Below, one piece after another: positions 19,154 through 26,412 of a stretch of 53,359 bases of DNA (positions within the stretch are counted from its first letter, which is position 1; the number at the start of each line of letters is the position of its first letter). The notes under the pieces are model-generated. The model was not told the origin of the DNA. It worked only from the letters and a program-made list of their open reading frames with translations, and ran no database searches. Source of the DNA: an uncultured Candidatus Hydrogenedens sp. (GTDB taxonomy: Bacteria > Myxococcota > UBA4151); contig CACGMS010000004.1 in NCBI GenBank assembly GCA_902574205.1, positions 1 through 53,359 on the forward strand, in the 5' to 3' direction. A program made the translations under genes and the position numbers.

Positions 19154-20416
19154 TTAGTCCTCGTCTTGGTCCTTGGTCCATCGTGCATCGACGAGTAACT
19201 GGATCGACTCTCGCTGAGCACCTGCCTCAAAACAGCGGTCGAGATCCCTAGCTACCCTTCGGAGCGCCAGCTCAAGTTCGCCTCGACGCCGCTCAGATGA
19301 GCTTCGCAAATAGGGCTGTGTACTTACTCCTGCGAGGGTCAACTCGACCCACCGAGCCGTGGCAACCTTTGGCTTACCTGGATCAATGTGACGGTACCGC
19401 CGTACAGCTTCGACCCACAGTTCATGGGCATCGAGTGCCTGAAGGGAAGTACATGCTATTCCGTCGCGCTGGATCGAGCTCAGCACGGTGCTGCCAAATT
19501 CAAACTCACAGCGCCAAACGCTCGCTTTTCCATCCCAACCATTCCTGCGCCAAATCTTTGGTGCAGTAGCCAGTGGCAGTTCGTCACCCAGTTGAGCGGT
19601 TTTGTTGTAGATCCTCGTGCAGACACCCCCACCCCCGCGCTTACCGATATAAATCGTAAGCCCAGACTTTTGTTGAACCTCAGTCGGGGGATGCTTTCCG
19701 TTGATTGAGCGCGCTCGAGTCACCCATCGCGCCGGGTTCGAATCCTCGTGACTCCAGGCTTGATCACGACACTCGTGATCGACGCATACATCAGCGCGCG
19801 TCACCTTATGTTGACCTGGATCAAGTACAGCCTCACGAGCTGCTGAAAGCAGCACGCCTGCAGCTTGCCACCATTCGACCGCAGCCATCACGGCATCCTC
19901 GAGCCGATCAAACCCCCAGATCCATGACGAGTGCAGATCCATCATCACGGGGTGTATTCGGCTGTTTGGATGACTCCGTGATTTGATGACCAAACAACCA
20001 GGTCCATCGGCGTGACTATTGAGGGTCATCAGCTTTTCGCCAGCACTGACCCGCAACCGTGCTCCAACCTCGGATGGTGATAATCCAAAAGGGTTATGCG
20101 GCTCATCGAGCCGCTGCCTCCAGCCAATCGGATGAGGCGGATTACTGCGACCGTCGTCGGGATAGTGCGCACGCCATGGATCAATAAACTGCGGCCAAAG
20201 CGTATCTAAAGCGGCACCCTGAAATTCCTTCGGTCGAGCACGGCGCAACTCCAACAACTGTTCGGCATAGCTAAACACCTTGGGGTCAACAACATGGTAA
20301 GTCAGCATATTGAAGCGAAGCGCATCAAAGCGAGGCCCGGCGAGAATTCGAAGCGCACGAGCAGAAAAGACGGGTCTAATGTAATACCCGTCGGCTGGTG
20401 TTTCAGGGGGTGTCAC
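19154..20416 (-). CDS. Rep_trans-family replication initiator / MOB_T-like relaxase
   Basis: VTRADVCVD, GLTIYIGKR, TRIYNK (catalytic Tyr motif) and VWRCEFEF, in Rep_trans (PF02486-type) order; ATGA-coupled to alpA. Confidence 0.8.
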   Translation of the reverse strand: MTPPETPADGYYIRPVFSARALRILAGPRFDALRFNMLTYHVVDPKVFSYAEQLLELRRARPKEFQGAALDTLWPQFIDPWRAHYPDDGRSNPPHPIGWRQRLDEPHNPFGLSPSEVGARLRVSAGEKLMTLNSHADGPGCLVIKSRSHPNSRIHPVMMDLHSSWIWGFDRLEDAVMAAVEWWQAAGVLLSAAREAVLDPGQHKVTRADVCVDHECRDQAWSHEDSNPARWVTRARSINGKHPPTEVQQKSGLTIYIGKRGGGGVCTRIYNKTAQLGDELPLATAPKIWRRNGWDGKASVWRCEFEFGSTVLSSIQRDGIACTSLQALDAHELWVEAVRRYRHIDPGKPKVATARWVELTLAGVSTQPYLRSSSERRRGELELALRRVARDLDRCFEAGAQRESIQLLVDARWTKDQDED

Positions 20417-20610
20417 GCATCACCTACGCTTCCGAAAGGTTGGCGAGCTTCCATCCAGGCGAGTACCTCGCCGTAATTCCAACCGACCGAGCCCGCACCG
20501 AGCTGGCGGCGCTTGGGGAAATCGCCCCTACCCTCCATGCGGTAGACGGTGCTGCGGCTAAGCCCGGTGAGATGAAGCACCTCGGGTAAGCGAATGAATC
20601 GAGAAGTCAT
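20413..20610 (-). CDS. alpA: AlpA family regulator / excisionase
   Basis: RFIRLPEVLHLTGLSRSTVYRM...FPK..QLG..SVGW...EV.AW is the canonical AlpA pattern. Confidence 0.93.
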   Translation of the reverse strand: MTSRFIRLPEVLHLTGLSRSTVYRMEGRGDFPKRRQLGAGSVGWNYGEVLAWMEARQPFGSVGDA

Positions 20611-20698
20611 AATCTAGTCCTTTCTGTCGCAAATGCGAGCAGATCGGACCATGTCATCTAACTGGGTGTCGTTGTGGTTGCGACCAGTCGAAAACTGG

Positions 20699-21301
20699 TC
20701 ACTGAATCTGTGACCAGCCCTTCGAGAGGCGTGTTCTCAAGCTTTCCGCCTCCATACCATAGCGACCATTAGCCATGGTGCTTAGCTGGTCAGCGATCAC
20801 CTGGAACTTTGGCTTTCCGTCTGAATGGCGGAACCGGTCACCCTTACTCAGCCTAGCCACCACCTCTGTGAGCAAACCGATAGTCTGCTCCAGTGTCGCT
20901 CTTCCTGGAGCTGTAAGGTTGGACTCAGTTGGAGGACAAATCGATGCAGAAACCAGCACATCTTCACGAGTAATAATGGCACGCTGATGCTCAAAGGGCA
21001 CTGCGAGCACCTCATCACCGTCTTGAATCTTTGCGATCCAAGCAAACTTGTCGCGACGTTTCGCCAACCGTGCGCACTCGTCTTTTGTGAGGGTCACCCG
21101 TCCCGACCAGCTCCCGCCGCGCTCAAGCGGACAATCCGAGATCTGCGCTATGAGCTCAATCTTACCCTCAGCGCCAAGCAAAAGCAGGCGCTCCTCATTC
21201 CACTTCAAACACGCTGCTGCATCAGTCAGCAGCAGGTGCTCCAGTTCCATTCGTACCGCCACGACGCGCCCTCCACTTTTTATCGTGATGGATTTATACA
21301 C
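20699..21301 (-). CDS. Hypothetical element protein upstream of alpA, possible C-terminal HTH
   Basis: 200-aa ORF co-oriented with alpA-rep; C-terminal QVIADQL...GMEAESLRTRLSKG; its N-terminal coding sequence has a diverged copy at 22367-22467. Confidence 0.65.
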   Translation of the reverse strand: MYKSITIKSGGRVVAVRMELEHLLLTDAAACLKWNEERLLLLGAEGKIELIAQISDCPLERGGSWSGRVTLTKDECARLAKRRDKFAWIAKIQDGDEVLAVPFEHQRAIITREDVLVSASICPPTESNLTAPGRATLEQTIGLLTEVVARLSKGDRFRHSDGKPKFQVIADQLSTMANGRYGMEAESLRTRLSKGWSQIQ

Positions 21302-21336
21302 CCACGGTACGACATGAACTTTAGTGGATCATAATG
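21201..21336 (+). repeat. 136-bp diverged repeat copy 1 (copy 2 at 22367-22502)
   Basis: Gap-free manual alignment, about 100/136 identical; each copy ends on the ATG of a + strand cargo gene. Confidence 0.88.
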
Positions 21337-22344
21337 AAGCGTATTCTCCTCGCTGCCACGCTATTATGTTTGAGCTGCGAAAATTCCAAACCACGAACTT
21401 TTGACGAGTGCCGTTTGCAAGCAATTAAGCATTCAAATCGCGATGCGATGTTGGTTGCCCTCGCTATATGCGGTCAAATATTTCCCCAACCCATTGATGC
21501 TGGATTGAAAACGCAAGGTTCTGACGCGCAGAAACTACCAAATGGAGTATATTTCTATCCAAGTATGAACGTCCAAAAGCTCTCATGTCAGACACTAAAA
21601 ATTACCAATGGGTTACTGCAGCCAAACAGCTTTAAGAATCGGGTAGCATGGTGCGCTTCGGGGAGTCGGTTTGAAATTGATGGCAAAGGTAAACTGACCT
21701 TCACTTGTATTGATGAAGCTAGCCATAACGGTGAAGAATCTACCTCTGTAGAAAGCGCTAAGATTATCGCAAACGGTATTATAAGCTTACGGCCAGATAC
21801 TAATGCAACCTACCAAGAGACATTTTTTAGTACTCTTGCTGACTGTCAGCGCAGTTTAGACAGCAACGGCTGGCGTGAGACATGGGTCAAAATTAAAGCT
21901 GAGCATGAGCAGAAGCAGAGGCTTGAGACAGAGAAGAAAATTCAGGCAGTCAAAGATGCAGAAGCAAAGGTGCGCGCGCAGGAACGAGAGCGCTTGCAGG
22001 CTGATGCCGAAGCAACCAGGCGAAATCGGCCAAGCTTCATTATGGGACCATACAGCAAAGCGTCACAGCGTTGCTTGTCTGCTGGCGGTGAGCTTAGTAA
22101 CCCCTACCATAGTAAGAATGTTCGCAAGCAAATCTTAGCAGGTAGACGTATGCTGGACCTTAAGGGTTACGATGTACCGGCGCCCGTAGCATTCCTTGGG
22201 AGCCAGTATATATCCGTGATAAATTCACGGACCTATAAAATAGAAACCGTCTGGGTTGAAGGCGTCCCAAATCCCGACCCAGCCGAATTTAGAGCAATCA
22301 TAGACAGTCCACTCTATGCATGGAATTGCTCCAAGACCCCCTAG
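21334..22344 (+). CDS. Cys-rich lipoprotein, two domains joined by a coiled coil (element cargo)
   Basis: Lipobox-like CLSC; N-terminal domain is paralogous to 23382-23954; C-terminal domain resembles the C-terminus of 25452-26312. Confidence 0.8.
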   Translation: MKRILLAATLLCLSCENSKPRTFDECRLQAIKHSNRDAMLVALAICGQIFPQPIDAGLKTQGSDAQKLPNGVYFYPSMNVQKLSCQTLKITNGLLQPNSFKNRVAWCASGSRFEIDGKGKLTFTCIDEASHNGEESTSVESAKIIANGIISLRPDTNATYQETFFSTLADCQRSLDSNGWRETWVKIKAEHEQKQRLETEKKIQAVKDAEAKVRAQERERLQADAEATRRNRPSFIMGPYSKASQRCLSAGGELSNPYHSKNVRKQILAGRRMLDLKGYDVPAPVAFLGSQYISVINSRTYKIETVWVEGVPNPDPAEFRAIIDSPLYAWNCSKTP

Positions 22345-22366
22345 CGGTCTTCGCCATTGACTTTGG

Positions 22367-22502
22367 CACTTCTCACGCGCTGCCGCATTAGTGAGCAGCA
22401 GATACTTCAACTCCATTGGTGCAGCCACGACGCACCCTCCCCTTTTGAGCATGAAGCGCTTATACGCAAGTGGTATGACATGAACTGTTGTGAGGTTTAA
22501 TG
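22367..22502 (+). repeat. 136-bp diverged repeat copy 2; on the - strand a truncated copy of the N-terminus of the 20699-21301 gene
   Basis: YKRFMLKRGGCVVAAPMELKYLLLTNAAA vs YKSITIKSGGRVVAVRMELEHLLLTDAAA. Confidence 0.88.
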
Positions 22503-23354
22503 AACAAACTCGCAAAGCGACACAACGCTTACGACTGCCTGCCAGTTGAACTCATTGACGAGATCAAACGATACTTCCCGGCTGGAACGCTTTACCTACC
22601 GGTCGGGCAAAGGCGAACTGAAGATTTACCTTCTCGCAACCGAGAAATCCGAAAGAAGTATCGACAATATAAACGTTCAAAGCACCGCCGAACCCGGAAA
22701 TCGCCGATCAAAAGATTGGCGAATGAATACCAACTATCCCGACGTCAGATATCAAATATTTTGAAGCAATATTCAGACGAAGACTTAGCAGACAGAGATG
22801 CAGAGATACGACAACGATACGGTTGGTATCAAAACTCCAAAATCGAGCGCAAGCGGACGGATCCAATCGGCGTACTAGCTGCTGAATATGAACTTTCGAC
22901 CAATATGATAGAAAGCATCATAGGAGATGATGACTGTAAAGAGGAGCCTTTTGAAGATGAGAATCTGAACGAGGAAGAACATGAAGATGAAGACTTCGAT
23001 GAAGAAAATATTGAGGATGAGGACTTCGACGAGATTGAACTTACAGACATCACAGCTGCTACTCTAATGGCGCTACTCAAGGGAAAGCCAGATTTACCCA
23101 GATTTTCTAGTTACCATCCTAAAAATATCGTCGCTCATTTCGATCCTCTAGATGACGAGGACGGCGGCAGTTCTTATGAGTTTCTTGTCGAGAAACTTAA
23201 GCATAGTTATCAACTGAATGACTTCCAAACTTATCAAAACCTTTGTGATACTCTTGTCGAGTATGGACAAGGTAATCCGGATGAACATGCGCTAATGCAC
23301 ATCATTGACGAGTACACAGAAGACCCTGTCAAAGTAGACGACTCTGACAGATGA
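22500..23354 (+). CDS. Mor/CD3324-like transcription regulator with duplicated HTH and acidic tail
   Basis: LPVELIDEIKRYF..GTLYLP...RNREIR...IKRLANEYQLS.RQI.NIL; second unit RDAEIR...IGVLAAEYELS.NMI.SII; E/D-rich tract. Confidence 0.75.
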   Translation: MNKLAKRHNAYDCLPVELIDEIKRYFPAGTLYLPVGQRRTEDLPSRNREIRKKYRQYKRSKHRRTRKSPIKRLANEYQLSRRQISNILKQYSDEDLADRDAEIRQRYGWYQNSKIERKRTDPIGVLAAEYELSTNMIESIIGDDDCKEEPFEDENLNEEEHEDEDFDEENIEDEDFDEIELTDITAATLMALLKGKPDLPRFSSYHPKNIVAHFDPLDDEDGGSSYEFLVEKLKHSYQLNDFQTYQNLCDTLVEYGQGNPDEHALMHIIDEYTEDPVKVDDSDR

Positions 23355-23381
23355 AAACTTTTGAATCGATTCGGACTATTG

Positions 23382-23954
23382 TCACTCAAGCGATTTGAGA
23401 CAGCCTACCTCGGTATTGTGCAGAAACGATTCCTCTGGGCTGTTTTCCCAAGCGATCAATACTCCCTTTGGAAGAATTCTCGCATTTCCCAACCGCACAT
23501 GATTTTCATCGCTGTTGTACGCTTTGCATGTAAACATTAAATTCCCCGGAGGGTGCTCTTCAAAGCCGCCGCCTCCATAACAAAAACCCGGCTCATAATC
23601 TGAAATCGCCCCCCGACCTCCAATAAAAAGTAGGCTACACTTTCTACTGCCTTCCTTCCTCCATTTGGAACCGGGACTATAATAGTACTTTCCAGTTGGC
23701 AGGACGACGTTCGAAGCATCGATATTTGGAGGAAACAGCTCCTCACAAATCGTCTTCGCCGCTGAAATAGCTTTCGCTGAATCATTCTCCATCGCCTTCA
23801 ATAAGCAACTTTGGCGGTCTGTAGGCGCCTTGGAACAGGCACCTACCATCGCCAGAATGGCAAGCAAACCAGCAAAAGCTTCAACAAGCTCATGACTATA
23901 TTTTGGTGAGACTAAACCACGGAGTTTATGACTAAATTTTGGAAGTCGGACCAT
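23382..23954 (-). CDS. Cys-rich lipoprotein (element cargo), start uncertain
   Basis: Lipobox VGAC; Cys spacing and motifs match the N-terminal domain of 21334-22344; the ORF-track start overlaps the int 3' end, so the real start may lie further in. Confidence 0.7.
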   Translation of the reverse strand: MVRLPKFSHKLRGLVSPKYSHELVEAFAGLLAILAMVGACSKAPTDRQSCLLKAMENDSAKAISAAKTICEELFPPNIDASNVVLPTGKYYYSPGSKWRKEGSRKCSLLFIGGRGAISDYEPGFCYGGGGFEEHPPGNLMFTCKAYNSDENHVRLGNARILPKGVLIAWENSPEESFLHNTEVGCLKSLE

Positions 23955-25102
23955 TTTGTCAGCGCCTCGGTCTTCTCATCATCATACGTATGCTGATCAT
24001 AGCGCGCTGTCACCCCTTGCTCCTTATGGTTCAGGATCTTCTGAACAACTAGCCTAGGCACCTTGAGGCGCGTCATGTGCGTGGCTGCCGTTCGCCGCAA
24101 ATCGTGTGAAGTAAACTTCTCTACGCCAAAGTGCTCGAGGCTGCGGCTGATGCCATGCGTCAGCGACGTCACCAGGATCGGCTTGTCGGCAGCAATCGAG
24201 AACAGCCACTCATCCGAGGCGGACAGTTCTCGCGCACGCTCGATGATTTTCGCTGCGGTATCGGTGATGGGCACGCGATGCCGCACCCCGTTTTTTGTTC
24301 GCTCTGCAGGGATGGTCCACCACCCCTCTTCTAAGTTGAACTCCCGCCATCTAGCACCGCAGACCTCTCCGGGCCGCTGAGCCGTCATCAGAATCAGACG
24401 AAAGGCTAACTGCAGGGTCTCACTCATCCGAGCACTAGAAAGGCGCTCTAAGACGATTCTGAGCTCCGTCTCGCTGAGCCGTCGATCACGAACTTTGGGA
24501 GGCGTCGGTGCTCGCACCCGATCCGCCGGCGAGACCTCGAGCAACTCCTGTTCAATCGCCCAACTAAAGAGCTTTTTGAGCAGCCCTAAGGTCTTGCGAG
24601 CCTGAGCAGGTGCTCGCCCATCAATACGCTCAATCAACTCCCGCACTTCGCGTCGCTTAATCCCGGCGGCGACGCGGCTACCCCATACCGGAAGTAGATC
24701 GTGATTGAATTGGCGCTGGTCCTCTCGCCAGCTGCGCTTCTTCGGCTTGGCGTGTTTCTCCATGTAGAGTGCAGCAAGCTCTCGAAATTGCAGCCCTTTG
24801 CGTGAGCGTGCATCGACGAAGTGGTGATCAACCTTTGGATCCAGACCTTGAGCGATGAGTAGCCCCGCTTTGGCAAAGGCGGCGTTGGCATCGGCGACGC
24901 TCATTTCGGGGTAACGCCCGAGCGTCAGCCAGCACGATCGACCCTGGCGCTTGTAGCGTACGACAAAGGTCTTCACGCCCTTTGGTGTGATTCGCACGCC
25001 CAAGGTCCCGCGACCATTGGTACGCACAACCATCACGTTCTGACGTTTGGTGCCGGCTTTGAGTTTGCGCACAAAGACATCGGTTAATCGCGTCTGGCTC
25101 AT
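23912..25102 (-). CDS. int: P4-like tyrosine recombinase/integrase with N-terminal arm-binding domain
   Basis: GVRITPKGVKTFVVRY...LTLGRYPEMS (arm-binding domain); catalytic R (TAQRPGE), K (TKNG), HDLRR, LNH and Y (ARYD). Confidence 0.95.
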   Translation of the reverse strand: MSQTRLTDVFVRKLKAGTKRQNVMVVRTNGRGTLGVRITPKGVKTFVVRYKRQGRSCWLTLGRYPEMSVADANAAFAKAGLLIAQGLDPKVDHHFVDARSRKGLQFRELAALYMEKHAKPKKRSWREDQRQFNHDLLPVWGSRVAAGIKRREVRELIERIDGRAPAQARKTLGLLKKLFSWAIEQELLEVSPADRVRAPTPPKVRDRRLSETELRIVLERLSSARMSETLQLAFRLILMTAQRPGEVCGARWREFNLEEGWWTIPAERTKNGVRHRVPITDTAAKIIERARELSASDEWLFSIAADKPILVTSLTHGISRSLEHFGVEKFTSHDLRRTAATHMTRLKVPRLVVQKILNHKEQGVTARYDQHTYDDEKTEALTKWSDFQNLVINSVV

Positions 25103-25104
25103 TC

Positions 25105-25124
25105 TGGGCTCCCCTTGGGCTCCC
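25105..25124 (+). repeat. Tandem TGGGCTCCC x2, candidate arm-type sites overlapping the int RBS
   Basis: At 25105-25113 and 25116-25124; the - strand reads GGGAGCCCAGA-ATG into the int start. Confidence 0.65.
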
Positions 25125-25252
25125 TTTTCAGGGTGCGCTTTGGTGATCTGCCCTAGGACGGCCTGACACGCCGTTTATTCATAAACCCGATATAATAGGG
25201 GCTGTGTAGTCCATTTATGGAATCTGGTGACACACGAAGAAACCAAACTTGC

Positions 25253-25360
25253 GCTCATTCGTAACGAGCAGGTCATCGGTTCAAATCCGATAGTTGGCTC
25301 CAAGAATAAGAAGGACTTACGGCTTACGCTGTGAGTCCTTTTTGTTTTGGGCTCCCTTTT
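25253..25360 (+). repeat. 108-bp direct repeat copy 2 (attR): tRNA-Thr 3' fragment + terminator + one TGGGCTCCC
   Basis: Identical to 17876-17983; lacks the tRNA 5' part. Confidence 0.95.
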
Positions 25361-25451
25361 TGCGCCAACCGATAGGGTGAGGTGGCAATTTGCATAAAAC
25401 CCTAGAGTCATCGATTATACCTGTGGTTGCTTTCCCCAACTGTTGGTTTAA

Positions 25452-26312
25452 ATGCGCTACTGGTTTGTGTCACTGCTCCTGTTTATTTCTCATGGACGAG
25501 CCCTCGCTGAAGACTCAAAAAAACCAACTTTACTCTTGGTACCCGTCGTAGCGCCTAAGCCGCTTGCTAACGATGCTACGACGCTAACCAATCTTATTAG
25601 AGTCGAAATCGGTAAAACCTCAAAACACCGTCTCGTCAGCCCAGAAGAACTTGGAGCTATAGACAAAGAACTAACGCGGCAGTTGTCAGGTGGCTGCGAC
25701 GAGGCAAGCTGTATAACAGAGGTTGGCGGAGCATTAGGTGCCCAGTATTTAGTATCAGGATCGCTAGGAAAGCTGGGTAAAGTATATGTTCTTACGCTAA
25801 AACTCGTCGACATTGAAAAGGTCACAAGTATCGGTAACTCCTCGACTACCGCCTACACCCTGGAAGACTTTATTGGTAAAGTCGAAGAAGCTACATTAGA
25901 CCTGTTCGCGATTTCCAAGTCATCACCCACCGATCCAGAGCCGTCGCCGAAAAGACTCTGGCGCAAGGCGCCTAGCTCGCAAGTTAACAACACAAACCAA
26001 AGTAATGCTCTGCTACCGGGGCCCTTCTCAGATGCCGCGCGCAGATGCCAAGACGCGGGCGGTAAGCTATACAACATCGGCGACGCTCGCTGGGCTAACG
26101 GGCCTGTCCGCCGCAAAACGACTGTGGGCCCTGTAAGTTACCGCACAGGCGGCAATATAATCACTATTATGCCGGACGGTGATCAATTCACTATTTCGGC
26201 CATCGGAATGGAAACCGATTTCAGGAACAAGCTCGAGAGCGAAAATGTTTACTGGCATTGCTCAATCATACCTTATTTACATGAGCAAAACGGCACCGTG
26301 ATGGTGCCATGA
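25452..26312 (+). CDS. Secreted protein: CsgG/TolB_N-like (DUF2380-like) domain + small Cys domain
   Basis: Signal peptide; GCDEASCITEVGGALGAQYLVSGSLGKLGKVYVLTLKLVD; C-terminal GPFSDAARRCQDAGGKL...WHCS; stop codon lies inside the 64-bp repeat. Confidence 0.75.
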   Translation: MRYWFVSLLLFISHGRALAEDSKKPTLLLVPVVAPKPLANDATTLTNLIRVEIGKTSKHRLVSPEELGAIDKELTRQLSGGCDEASCITEVGGALGAQYLVSGSLGKLGKVYVLTLKLVDIEKVTSIGNSSTTAYTLEDFIGKVEEATLDLFAISKSSPTDPEPSPKRLWRKAPSSQVNNTNQSNALLPGPFSDAARRCQDAGGKLYNIGDARWANGPVRRKTTVGPVSYRTGGNIITIMPDGDQFTISAIGMETDFRNKLESENVYWHCSIIPYLHEQNGTVMVP

Positions 26313-26346
26313 TGCGGTTTGCGCCCATCCAGCGATCCATAGTCAC
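26283..26346 (+). repeat. 64-bp direct repeat copy 2
   Basis: 59/64 identical to 19009-19072. Confidence 0.92.
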
Positions 26347-26412
26347 CATTGAGACGGTTTGACCAACGCTGGTCCACTCATCATAAGTTATCAAGCCAGT
26401 GAGGACGTACTT

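Larger units (their letters stand above)
17876..25360. mobile_element. ~7.4 kb tRNA-Thr-integrated element (integrase + AlpA + Rep_trans; IME/satellite-like)
   Basis: Flanked by att direct repeats; encodes tyrosine integrase, AlpA and Rep_trans; cargo is visibly more AT-rich than the flanks. Confidence 0.92.
25253..26346. mobile_element. Probable ~1.1 kb left-end remnant of a sibling element in tandem
   Basis: Same order as 17876-19072: att, terminator, arm motif, one cargo gene, 64-bp repeat. Confidence 0.7.

Noticed and set aside
25253-25302. Second tRNA-Thr gene
   Set aside because: Only the 3' 50 nt are present, with no 5' acceptor strand or D arm; this is the att duplication.
17876-25360. 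Prophage, inovirus or classical PICI
   Set aside because: No capsid, terminase, tail, primase-helicase or Zot/pI ATPase, and no run of small coat-protein ORFs.
25175-25411. 78-aa ORF containing LEPTIGFEPMTCSLR
   Set aside because: Antisense translation of the tRNA fragment, a well-known spurious ORF.
19009-26346. Integron attC sites or CRISPR repeats for the 64-bp and 136-bp repeats
   Set aside because: Only two copies of each, no RYYYAAC/GTTRRRY ends and no regular spacers; the integrase is P4-like with an arm-binding domain, not IntI; no cas genes.
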